Source of the DNA: Zancudomyces culisetae HAW-14-8
Lineage: Eukaryota > Fungi > Kickxellomycota
DNA length: 64,000 nucleotides
Direction of reading: 5' to 3'
Assembly (NCBI GenBank): GCA_052426225.1
Contig: JBNJNM010000012.1
Span: 1,860,001-1,924,000, forward strand
Part shown: in pieces, positions 12,120 to 24,468 of the stretch
Layout of the letters: every line of letters starts with the position of its first letter
Position numbering within the stretch: the first letter of the stretch is position 1
Made by a program: the position numbers and the translations under genes
The notes under the pieces: model-generated
Seen by the model: the letters and a program-made list of their open reading frames with translations, nothing else
What the model was told of the DNA's origin: nothing
The model's database searches: none

Positions 12120-15100
12120 TGTCGTGAATTATAATCACCGCAATTTATAATTTTTTCCCACTGGGTTTTTAATAAATTGCTAAGATGGTTAGATTAAATT
12201 CACGTTACATTCCCGTAAATCCGCATGACAAAGCATTTCAGATGGATCGACAGTTGAGAAAATCATCCCCAACACGTTTATAAATTTTAATGACTGGATT
12301 TACAATTTTAGCTTATGTTTCATTTACTTGTTTCAGATTATTATTATTTCACATGTTATCATAAAATTTCTATGATTAAGTATTTTATTAGGATTATAAT
12401 TTTTACAGAATTTATATATAAGGTTTAGTATTTCTAAAATAAAACATCATCAGTTCTCAAATACAGTTTTACTTATACTATATTTATACGACAGTTATAT
12501 ATATAATATAAATTATGGTGATCCAGCCAGGACCAAACCCGAGCCAAACCAGACAGTCAAGTCAGACAATCAAGACAAGACAAGACAATACCAAACCAGA
12601 CCAGAACAGATCAGAACAAACAGAACAAGCTGAAAAGCCAGAGCTGACAGAAAAGGCAGAGTACACCAAGGATATCAAGAAAATGATAGGGGTGAAGGAA
12701 AGCCAAGTCTTCAGGACAGTAAGAGTTAGTGAACCACCTGTATTTAACAACTTGCCGGACCAGAATGCAGCTATATGGATGAAGAAATTTGAGTTATTCG
12801 GCCGCAGCGAAAACTGGACAGCTGAAGATAAACTGGAATACATTGAGGTATATTTTGGAAATAGGATATACTTGTGGAATGAGAGGACAGCAGTCAAAGT
12901 CAACACTTGGGATGAGTATAAGACAGAATTTTTAAAGAAGTTTGATATCAAAGATTCTGTACTAAACTCGTGGCGTGCCTTACAACGGATAAGACAATAC
13001 TCAATGGAGAGTGTGGAAGAGTTTGTAGCACGACTAGAAAGATTGTTCTCATCAGCACAAGTAAAAGATGACGCCATCATGTATCAATGTCTAATGACCG
13101 CTTTATTGCCGCAATACCAGACCGAAATACTGAAAAGCAAGGTTAATAAGTACGACGAAGCCGTCCAACAAGCCGTTGAGTTTGAGGAGTTAGAAAAGTT
13201 CATACAGGATAATGTATACTCAGCCGGTCAGCAAAGAAACAGAAGGCAGCAAGAAGTACGACAAGACACAAGAGGTTCGGTACGCAATGATAACAGAGGG
13301 GGTTTACACGTTGTAAAACAAAAAGTAAAACCAGAATTCAAGACACCAGTAGAAGCTAAAGAAAACAGTGTAGAGGCAAGTTACTATCCCAAATATCCAA
13401 GAGTCACCTGCTATACGTGTAATGAAGTAGGACATATCAGCCCACAGTGCCCTATCAGAAACAATGCAAGTGGAAACCCGAATTACACCGATAAACTTAA
13501 GGACGTTAACGTAGTTGAGTTATATCAAGGAACTCAGAATGACGTTATAGCAGACCTAGAGCAGCGTTGAAGTGACCTGAGCATAATTGAGAAGCGCAAG
13601 CTCTTAGACGGCGATAAAGGAGAAGACTAAAAGAAAGTTAAACATAGTGTCAGTATTCCCGAAGCAATAGGCCAGGATAAGTTTAATATTATTAGTAAAG
13701 GTATAGTTTTAAATAATAAGGCAAACCAGGAAGGGATGCAAAAAGATAATAACATAAACATTAATAAAGTATACGAGGCAAAATCAGAGAGACAAGAATA
13801 CTCTGTTAGGAAAGATATAAAAACAGTAAAAGCAAACATCACCTTAGATCAATTAATCAGGGTATCGCCTACTGTAAGAGCAGAATTAAAAGAAGTATGG
13901 GAGAACAACCATAATGAAGAGCCAAGAGAGTTGGGAACTCTATTTCAAGCGCCCAGTACAAATTGTAGGGCAAAGATATGGCTATTTAACCAAGAATGTA
14001 AAGTCGTGATTGATACAGGAGCAGCTTGCAGCGTTGTCACCAACGCTTTAGCCACAGACCTCAAACTTTCAGTGGATAAGAAATCCCAGGAAATTATCAT
14101 GACAGCTGATGGGAGCGTTCATCGCACAATAGGGAAGGCATGGAACGTACCCATAAATATTAAAAATATTACCTTCCCTGCAGACCTGTTAATTATGTCT
14201 AGCAACAAGGAAACATTCGTGCTTGGAGTTGACTGGCTCAAAACGCACAACGTAGTTATAGACATCACCAATAATAAGGTGATGATACCACATAATAACT
14301 CCACAGTTTCATTAGAGATTTCAACGATAGTTGAAGAACCCGAAGAGGTAGTCGGGTGGGCCAAGGAAGTAGCATTAGTTGAAAATAAGCCCAAAGTTGA
14401 AAACGATATTGCACAGTTATTGGTGCATTATAATGACATATTTGCTTCATCACTAGAAGAGTTGACAAGCACAGACTTAGTCGAGCACTCAATCGACACT
14501 GGGGACCACAAACCCATTCGTCAGAGACCTTATAGAGTACCTCAATCTATGCAGGTTAAGGTTAGAGAAGAACTAGCTACCATGCTAAAAAATGGTGTTA
14601 TAGAAAGATGCCACTCGGACTGGTGCTCACCAGTGGTAACCATTGTCAAAAAGAATGGTAAATTAAGAGTATGCTCAGATTACCGCCAGTTAAACGCCAT
14701 CACCAGAAGAGACAACTATCCTTTACCTAACATTTCAGATATCTTTAACGCTCTAGCTGGAGCAGAATTCTTTACGACGCTAGACGCCCTTAGTGGGTTC
14801 TGGCAGGTAAAAATTCGTGAAGCTGATAAAACAAAAACAGCCTTTTCATTTCCTGGAGAAGGTTTATATTGTTATAAGGTCATGCCCTTTGGACTTAGCA
14901 ATAGTCCCGCGACCTTTCAAAGACTAATGGAGTCTATTTTACAACCTGTTTTATGGAAATCAGTGGTCGTCTTTATAGACGACATTGTAGTATTTTCCAC
15001 ATCATTCAGTCAACACTTATTAGACATAAAAGTAGTTTTTGATTTAATTAAGGTGGCAAAAATAAAATTGAACGATGAGAAATGCGTGTTTGCCCAACAG

Positions 15101-17511
15101 CGCATATCATATCTGGGCCACGCGATTTCTAAAAAGGGGATTGAGACAGATCCATCAAAGTCGGCAGCAATTTCTAAGCTACCATACCCAAACAACATTA
15201 AAGAAATTCAAAGCTTTTTAGGCTTAACCGGTTATTATCGCAGGTTTATAAGAGATTACGCAAGAATAAGTAAACCATTAACATTGATGTTGCGCAAAGA
15301 CCATCCATGGAGTTGGAATGAAAGTTGTTCAGAGGCTGTGGACAAGTTAAAAGAAATGCTCAGTAAACCACCAGTGCTCAAACACCCAGACTGGGATAGA
15401 GAGTTTACCATATCCACAGACGCATCAAAACAAGGATTAGGTGCCATATTAAGCCAGTGTTACGATGGAAGAGACTGGCCAGTTGCATATGCCAGTCGTA
15501 CTTTATCTAAAGCCGAAGAAAATTATTCCATCACTCACTTAGAGGGGCTAGGTGTAGTTTGGGGAGTGACACATTTCAGACACTATGTTTTAGGACGCCC
15601 ATTTAAGATCATTACTGACCACTCCGCTCTAATTAATATTTTTAAATCAAAAGAGCCTACAGGTCGGCTAGCCCGCTGGGAAATTACTCTGAAAGAGTAC
15701 GATTACACCATAGAACACCGAAAAGGTGCTAACAATCCCGCTGACCACCTATCAAGATTTACCTCCAGTTCAATGGATAAAATGCACCAAGACATTGAAA
15801 CGAAAGCTTTATTTGCGATGAGTATTGTCAGATATGAAACTATAATGAAGTATTTAACTAACAGAGCTTATCCATCTGGGTTAAATGAGGAAGAAAAATT
15901 AGAGTTCAGAAAGAAGGCTAATTCATACAAAGTCAGCGACAATAGATTAGTTTCAGTAAGCAAACGGTTTGGACAAAGAGAAGTACTCAATGAATCCAAT
16001 GCAGAAGAAAAAATTCAGGCTATTCACGACCAAGAGCATAGTGGAATAGGAAACACATGGGAAAGGGTCAAACTTTTATACACAGGTTCTAGAATATTTG
16101 ATATTGTTAAAAGAGTTGTTAAGTTTTGTGTCCTTTGCCAAAGATTCAAAGGGCATATTAGTAAAGTGAACCCGCTGCATCCCATAGCTTCAGCAAAACC
16201 TTTTGAGATACTGGGAATCGACGCCATGGGGCCGATCAATCCGGTATCTGATAGTGGTAATAGGTATTTACTGACAGCTATGGATTACAATACTAAATGG
16301 CCAATATCGCGAGCCGTACCTAACATAAGCACAGAAATAGTTGTAAATATCCTAATTTATGATGTAGTTGCACTTTATGGTGTTCCTAAACAGCTGATTT
16401 CAGATAGAGGAGCTAACTTTATAAGTGAAATAGCAACAGAGTTCTATAAGTTTTTAGGTATAGAACATCGACCCACCACTGCATACCGACCACAGGCCAA
16501 TGGCCAAGTGGAAAGGTTTAACCAATACCTTAAAAATGTTTTGTCTAAATATTGTTACAAAGACAGACATAATTGGGATAAGTATTTATGGAAAGTCCTA
16601 TTAACAATACGCTCTACTAAAAATCGAAATATTGGTGTGAGTCCTGCTGAAAGTTTATATGGTGTAAAATTAAACACACCTGTATATTGGAACCCAAATG
16701 TGACTATTGAAAATGAAGAAGAGGCCACATTAGAGCGACTCAAGTTTATACGAGAAGAGTTACCAATTATTAGGGCTCAAGCGTACAACAATATAGTTAT
16801 CAACAAAAAGTATGAAAAACAAAAGTATGATAAAGCAGTTAAAGCGTATCAATATAAAGTAGGTGACAAAGTTCTTCGCATAGTAGCCGCACCCCAATCT
16901 AAGTTTTCTGATCGTTGGGAAGGTCCATATACCATTGTAAGAGTACTAGACAAGGGTACTTATATCATAATGGACGCTAATATGAACAAAGATCAAGTTA
17001 ATGGCGATCGGTTGAAACCGTACCATGAACGAGGCTATATGATTCCGGAAGTCGTGCCAAGTAGAATCAGAACTACGTTGCAGTACTACAAGCAAAGTAG
17101 TCAGTCAGACCGAGACGTCTGACATCAAGAGGGGGTCTGTCGTGAATTTTAATCACCGCAATTTATAATTTTTTCCCACTGGGTTTTTAATAAATTGCTA
17201 AGATGGTTAGATTAAATTCACGTTACATTCCCGTAAATCCGCATGACAAAGCATTTCAGATGGATCGACAGTTGAGAAAATCATCCCCAACACGTTTATA
17301 AATTTTAATGACTGGATTTACAATTTTAGCTTATGTTTCATTTACTTGTTTCAGATTATTATTATTTCACATGTTATCATAAAATTTCTATGATTAAGTA
17401 TTTTATTAGGATTATAATTTTTACAGAATTTATATATAAGGTTTAGTATTTCTAAAATAAAACATCATCAGTTCTCAAATACAGTTTTACTTATACTATA
17501 TTTATACGACA
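12120..17511 (+). mobile_element. Full-length Ty3/Gypsy element T1 (no chromodomain); LTRs 12120-12493 and 17138-17511 (374 bp), TSD CATT
   Basis: TGTCGT...ACGACA LTRs with one difference seen; CATT at 12116-12119 and 17512-17515; PPT AAGAGGGGG 17127-17135; PBS-like TGGTGATCCAGCCAGGAC at 12516. Confidence 0.97.
12515..17122 (+). pseudogene. T1 gag-pol, one reading frame interrupted by two in-frame stops (TGA 13568, TAA 13628)
   Basis: Gag with CCHC knuckle (CYTCNEVGHISPQC), protease DTGA, RT FIDD, RNase H TDAS, integrase HHCC/DDE and WEGPY. Both ORFs are in the same frame. The real start is probably ATG 12683, because ATG 12515 overlaps the PBS. Confidence 0.88.
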
Positions 17512-17514
17512 CAT

Positions 17515-18202
17515 TGTTGTAATTTTAGTTTGCAGAAAATTTCTCAGGAAATTTCCGCAACTTAACCTACAAAAAGTTCTGCTAATAGAGGGGGATTGTT
17601 ACTGGAGAAAGTTTTACTTTATTTAACCAGTCAACCCTACCTTTTTAGCTTATATTTAATTTAGTTTTATGTATTTATTACTTCAATAAATGCGATAAAA
17701 CTGGGTAAAATTACGCCCAGCTCCTAAAATTTGGTGTGCAAAACAATAAATTTTGGTCCAAAAATTAGACTCTGATACCTTTCTGATACCCTTTGAAAAT
17801 TGTGTTACGCTTCACTACCTATGTTTTTTTTTGGTTTTAGGTAGGTTTTTGCTCAAATCACAAATTTCAATTTTATAGAGTAAAATCAGTTATTTTAGAG
17901 CTAATTTATATTTTATTTAATGAATAACTTTTAAAAATATAAAGATATAACCACCAAACTTGTGGTGGGATTACTAGTAATATAATAGTACCTGACTAGC
18001 TATTTTATTAGAACTTTATATAATAGAAACTTAAAATAAAACAATTAAAACTATATATTTCTCCAACATTTGGGTAATTTATTACCCAAGAAATTCCAGA
18101 TTTCTTGCTCGAACACCCGAGATAACGGTGGTTATTCGGTGTTTGAGAAGCAGTGTGCTGTTCACCCAATAGTTTAGATTGGGTAGAACTAAGCATACAA
18201 CA
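17515..18202. mobile_element. Solo LTR S5 (688 bp), TSD GCAT, related to T3 LTR
   Basis: TGTTGTA...GCATACAACA followed by GCAT; similar blocks to 49444-50039 and the same GCATACAACA end. Confidence 0.88.
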
Positions 18203-18206
18203 GCAT

Positions 18207-18570
18207 TGTTAACGAATTTGTATATTTATATAGAAAATCCGTTTATTTAATAGTTATGTTGGTTTTTAGGGATATAAGTGGCGTAGAATCTACTTGTGGC
18301 TTCGATTAATGGGCTCACTTAATCCGTTATAATGATCTTAAAAATATCTACTAATGGCTAAATATTGCAAACTCTTAGTATATGTGTTTATTTTCTAAAA
18401 AGATATGATAAGAACCAAAACTTACTATCGAAATTTCTCACTAAAAAAACTAACAAAAATTGCCAAGAAAAAAAGAGTCCAATTTCTAAAATAATTTTGA
18501 TTACGTATTTCCATTGAATTTCTTCAATTTCCATACACTATTTTTATAAAGTATAAAATATTATACGACA
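18207..18570. mobile_element. Solo LTR S6 (364 bp), TSD GCAT
   Basis: TGTTAAC...TTATACGACA flanked by GCAT on both sides. Confidence 0.9.
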
Positions 18571-19444
18571 GCATGTTATCAAAAGCTCAGATTCACAGCT
18601 ATTGTTTTATCAATTAGTTGGAAACTATTATAGTAATTATACTATGTACTATTATATTATAAGTTTTCACTAAAATACTTAAGTTCCTGTGTAGAACCAA
18701 CTTTATTAAATTGATATTTTTTCTTTCTAGGTCTTTTAAACTACCTATTTATACAAAATTCAAATACTAATAAAAATTAATTTATACTAATAAACTACTT
18801 ATTTTTTTACTTTCTTATCATGTCATAGAAAGACCATAAAGATAAAAAAACTATACATGATTCCTACAAATAAATAAACATATGCAAACATTCATGATTT
18901 GCATAAACAAATACTACTTAAAATATACTAATAAAATATGCACAGACTACTTCTGTGTTTACTAATAATAAATAATATGTATAAACTACAAACAAATATT
19001 AAACAATTAAGTCAAACAATTAAGTATAATTGTCACGACTTGACACTAAGTAATATATGTTTACTTGGCTATGATTTATTTAATAAAATACTATGAGATG
19101 AAAAGTATTTTATTGCTAAAGTTTCCTAAAGCAATAAAATCCTTGTCATTATATAGTTTTACAATATACAAAATTAATTGTAAAACATTATAAAAACTAT
19201 ACTTAAACTATAACTTAAACTAAATAATATTAACTGTCAACTCCACAGTTAACATTTAATAATATGGGGTAAAACCAAATTAATAAAATTTATTAATTCT
19301 TACTCCATAAATTATTAATATATGGAGTAAGAATTAAAGCGGAGAAAACGTTAATAAATTTAACATTTGCTATTTTTAATATGTTATTAAAAATAGCAAT
19401 AATATCATGAATGGATCATGACATCACTCCCCTCTAATGCCTAC

Positions 19445-22400
19445 TCAAGGACCTGGCTTATTCGGATATTGGTTGTGGAACTCGGCTACAATTTCAGGGG
19501 CGTGGACATCTGATGCGTCTTCCCATGTTCTATCCTCAGGTGCGTATCCTTTCCAGTCGATTAGATATTTCAATTTACCTTTGAATATTTTAGAGTCGAG
19601 TATAGCAGCTACTTCGTACTCTTCTTGGTTATCAACAATAACAGGTGGAGGTGGTAGTTCTTGAATACGGTTAAACGTTTCTGTGGCCTTGTATGGTTTC
19701 AAGAGTGATACATGAAATACAGGGTGTATTCTCATGGTTGCAGGAAGTTTGAGTCTTGCAGCTACTGGGTTAACCATCTCAATTATTTCAAATGGTCCGA
19801 TGTATTTGAAATCCAGTTTTTGAGATGGTCTCATGGTTTTAAGATTAGTTAGAGACAACCAAACCTTATCTCCTGGAGTGAGAACAACTTGAGGGTTTCT
19901 TTTGCGATCAGCAAACCTCTTGTAGTTCTCCTTGGCCTTACTTAGGTGTAGTTTTAACTCAGTTTGAATAGTTTGCAGATGACTAGCAAACTCCTGAGCA
20001 CTTGGTACATTGGAATCATTGAGGTTGCTAATAATAAACTGGGGATCATACCCATAATTAGCATGAAATGGACTAACCTTGGTACTAGCGTGAGTTGCAT
20101 TGTTGTAAGCAAACTCAGCCATTGGAAGCAACTGACACCAATTATCTTGTTGATAGTTAACAAAACACCTCAAATACTGTTCAAGTATTTGATTGATGCG
20201 TTCAGTTTGTCCATCAGATTGTGGGTGGTATGCAGTAGAGTGATGAAGTTTGATGTTTAGAAGTCGAGAGAGTTCGGTCCAAAACTTGGATACAAACTGT
20301 GGGCCACGATCGGAGACAATGCTGTTGGGAAGTCCATGTAGTTTAAATACATGATCCATAAAACTTGAGGCAGTAACAGAAGCAGATGGTGTACTTTTGA
20401 GAGGGATGAAATGAGCCATCTTGGTGAGGCGATCCACAACAACCAGTACAACAGTGTTGCCCTGTGAACGTGGTAGTTCCACAATGAAATCCATTGATAC
20501 TGATTCTCAAGGACGATTGGGAGTATTCAATGGCATTAAGAGTCCTGATGGCTTAGTAGAGATGTGTTTTGCTCGGTTGCAGGTATCGCAAGAGTCGATG
20601 TAGTCTTTAATTGTGGCCTTCATCTTTGGCCACCAGAACTGACGTGAAACCAAGGACATGGTTTTAGCGTGACCAAAATGACCAGCTGGCAGTGAGTCAT
20701 GACACATGGCAAGAACTTGAAGACGCAGTGATTCAGGAACAAACATCCTGTCGTTGTACAATAAGATATTATCAGAACAGGAGACTTTTGAGTTGTTTAG
20801 AAGTTCTTGAGCTTGAGTATCAGATTCAGTAATTGCTTTGATTTGAGAAATGATATCACTAGTCTGGCTGGTATCAATAGCTGCAATTACAAACTTGGGT
20901 TGCCAGATAGGTCTATCCTCAAGATTCACCCCCTCCTTATGCTCATCCTTCCTAGATAGAGCATCTGCTTTACCGTTTTGTGATCCTGGACGGTAAGTAA
21001 GCTCGATATCAAACCGGGTTAGGAACAGGGCCCATCTTGCTTGACGCTGATTTAGAATCTTGGCGGAGCGGAAATACTCAAGATTCTTGTGGTCGGTGAT
21101 GACCAAAACCGGATGAGAGGCACCTTCTAGATGATGTCGCCACTGCTCGAGGGCACATTTGATGGCTAGAAGTTCCTTGTCATAGATGTGGTAGTTTCTT
21201 TCAGCAGGATTCAGCGTTCGGGAATAGAAAGCTACAGGATGAGTTTCACCATTAATTTTCTGAGATAACACAGCTCCTAGAGCAAAGTTGGATGCATCAC
21301 ATTCGAGGAGAAACTGAGTTTCTGGGTCAGGATGTGAGAGAACGGGAGCTGTGGTACATTGTTTCTTGAGATTTTCAAAAGCAGATTGTTGTGCTGAGCC
21401 CCAGATAAACTGGGCATTTTTCTTGAGTAAGGAGGTAATCGGAGTTACAATACGTGAGAAGTCTTGGATAAAACGGCGATAGAAGTTAACAAAACCAAGG
21501 AAGGATTGGATGTCCTTGACTGATTTTGGTGTATCCCAATCCAATATTGCAGATACTCGAGACGGATCCATGACTAGGCCTGCAGGTGTGATTATGAAGC
21601 CTAAAAACTCTACTCTTTCTTGGTCAAACTCACACTTTTCAAGTTTGGCGTAGAGTTTGTGAGCGATTAGTCTTTCTAAAACAGTACGAACCTGGGTAGT
21701 ATATTCTTCAGGTGTTGCAGAAAATACCAGAATGTCATCAAGGTATATGACAACATAGACGTCTAGGATATCACGAAAAACGTCATTGACAAATGATTGA
21801 AAGGTTCCAGGAGCATTAGCCAGGCCGAATGGCATAACTTTGTACTCAAACTGACCATACTGTGTTCGGAAAGCCGTTTTTTCTTCATCGCCTTTCCTTA
21901 TGCGTACCAGATTGTACGCGCCACGCAGATCAAGTTTGGTGAAGATTTTAGCAGATTTGACTCGTTCCAGAAGCTCAGTCATCAACGGTAAAGGATACCG
22001 GTTACGTCTGACGACTTTGTTTAGAGCTCTGTAGTCCACAACTAGTCTTAAAGAGCCATTTTTTTTACCTGTGAAAAATACAGAGGCTCCAGCAGGTGAT
22101 TTAGAGCGGACTATGAAACCTTTTGCAAAATTTTCATCGATGTACTCTTTAAGTGCTGTTCGCTCCTTTGGTGCAAGTGGATAAATTGGTCCATACGGTA
22201 AGGCGGCATTGGGTAACAGATCAATTGGGCAGTCATAAGGGCGATGAGGAGGTAGAGTATTGGCCTTTTGTTTGTCAAAAGCTTGGCTGAGGTCTTGATA
22301 TTTACTTGGAATAGTAGCAGTTAAGGAATCAAGAGGTAGTGAAATTGGTTTGGCTTGGTTTATCATGCCTATCAAATGATAAACAGAGTGTTTTAACTTT

Positions 22401-23602
22401 TTGATAGGCACCTTTTGTTGGAACTCAATATCACAAGAACGTTTGCGAATTGGTTCAACCGGATCAGCTGGTGGTGGAGTCATCGGGCGTAACTCTTCAA
22501 AAGTTTCCATATCAGCACTCTGAATACTATTTTCAGAGTCGGCACTTTGAATTGAGATGTCGCTGATATCGGAACTTGGTGAATAGTACAGCTCAGAATC
22601 CAACGAATACACTGATTCAAGTTCATAATCTAAATCTGTTTCATATTCTGGATCAGAAATTTTATCATCATTTTCAGAATATGAGGTGGATTCTTGATCC
22701 TGAACTGACTCAATGACTTCTTGGTTGTGTACTTGGTTATGGGGATCCTGGTTTAAGTTTCCCTGGCTATGGTTAATATTTTTCTGGCTATTTACAGTAT
22801 TTTCCTGGCTATTGTAAGTATTAACCTGGCTATGGTTTTCCTGGCTGTGGTTTGTCTCCTGGTTAAAATTTTCCTGGCTGTGGTTACTTTGGCAATGGAT
22901 AGTCTGACTGTGGTTATCTTTAACATGGTTTTCCAGGTTGTTAGTTTCCTGACTTTGGGTTTCTTGGCTGAGGTTATTCTGGCTAATTAGTGCTGGTCCT
23001 GGTCCTGGTCCTGGTGCTTGTCTTGAAATGACTGAGGTATTAGTCTTGATAATCGTTGGATTGGATTTTTGAGGAGAGAACCTTTTGATTATGCAGTGTT
23101 TTTGGCAATATGCATTATCAAAATGAATTAATCTCTTCTTCCAATTGATAGTGGGTTCATGGAGTTCAAGCCACGGAAGTCCTAAAATCATGTCAACATG
23201 GTGGGAGTTTATGATTTCAAACGTGGCTACTTCTTGGTGAACTCCAATCTTGATCTTGAGCGGGACAGTTTGGTGTGTGATTGGACCGGCAGACATTGGA
23301 GTACCATCTACAAACTCCACAGGTATTGGAGTTGTTTTGGAAACGGATGGAATCGAATGGTTAGATACAAAACCTTGGTTTATGAACAAACCAGAAGCAC
23401 CTGAATCTACCATGGCGACGATTTGCAACTTTACGTTACTTGGGAGTAGTAAAGAAACAGTGACAAGAAAACGATGGGGGTTGTAGACGTCTCGGATACT
23501 GCTGACTTGATGGACAAAGGATCTGGAACGGGGGAAGTCTTTGGTTGGGATGGTTTGGTTCAGGATTGGCTTCCCAATTAAGCCTGAACCCGGTGGTTTC
23601 TC
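19445..23602 (-). pseudogene. C1 Pol (PR-RT-RH-IN-chromodomain), -1 frame to gag, one premature stop at 20507-20509
   Basis: DSGA, YLDD, ECDAS, integrase, chromodomain EEYEVAAILD...WKGY..EDRTWE. RP*ESVSMDF has TGA where the Trp of the conserved PW motif is expected. Confidence 0.9.
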
Positions 23603-24468
23603 TGCTTAGTTTTCTTAAGCTTTTCGGGACAGGTGGTAACTTGGTGGCCTTTTCCGCCGCAGTAATAGCAGAGTCCAAGTTTCATTCGACGTTCTCTCTC
23701 GGTTGGAGAGACGACACGCTGAACGGAATCCACCTGCATAGGTTCTATCTGAGAACTGGTGGGCTGAACATAAGGCTGAATGCCTCTCTTTCTCCTGGCC
23801 TTGTCTTCCTTACGCCTGGTTAACCTGGCATCAATGAGAATTGCAGCATTGATGTAACCTTCCAAATCATCAGGAGTTTGGAATAGCGCAAGGGTGTCGA
23901 GCACGGCTTCGCTCAGACCCTCAGCAAACTGGGATACGAGAGCTGACTCGTTCCAGTCGAGATCCATCATTAAACGACGGAACTCTGATGCATACATTGA
24001 GACAGGTGAGGTGCCCTGTTTCAATGCCCTGATGGCATCATTGGCTGTTTGAGACCGTTGAGGGTCATCAAACACCTTGGCGAACTCTTTGATAAAGAGT
24101 TCGTAATCCTGGAGCACAGGGCTACCCTTTTCAATGTAAGGGCTAGCCCAACGGAGCGCATTCCCTGTGAGAAGGGACATAACAAGACCAACCTTGTTGG
24201 TGGCGGACGGGTAGTGGTCTGGGTGGGTAAAGAACAGTAGACGGCATTGGTTTACAAAACCACGAAAGTTGCTGCGATCTCCGTCATACCTTTCTGGCAA
24301 GGCTATGCGGGCAGCGGCTGGCTGGACTGGGATTGGTACTGGTGCGGCCTGGGCGGACTTTTCTTGTTCTGCTGGCGGATCTGGTGGAGCAGATTGTTGG
24401 GATTTCAATCGCTCGTTTTCTTCTTTAACCCTTTGATAATCGGCTAACAATTCACGATATTTAGACAT
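23578..24468 (-). CDS. C1 Gag (PEG10/sushi-like capsid, CCHC knuckle)
   Basis: LPERYDGDRSNFRGFVNQC, EPMQVD and LCYYCGGKGHQVTTC motifs. Confidence 0.93.
   Translation of the reverse strand: MSKYRELLADYQRVKEENERLKSQQSAPPDPPAEQEKSAQAAPVPIPVQPAAARIALPERYDGDRSNFRGFVNQCRLLFFTHPDHYPSATNKVGLVMSLLTGNALRWASPYIEKGSPVLQDYELFIKEFAKVFDDPQRSQTANDAIRALKQGTSPVSMYASEFRRLMMDLDWNESALVSQFAEGLSEAVLDTLALFQTPDDLEGYINAAILIDARLTRRKEDKARRKRGIQPYVQPTSSQIEPMQVDSVQRVVSPTERERRMKLGLCYYCGGKGHQVTTCPEKLKKTKQRNHRVQA

Noticed and set aside
17470-17481. AGTTCTCAAAT shared by the T1 U5 end and the T2 U3 end, hinting at LTR inversion
   Set aside because: Short match in AT-rich DNA; the U3 motif orientation agrees with normal LTR polarity.
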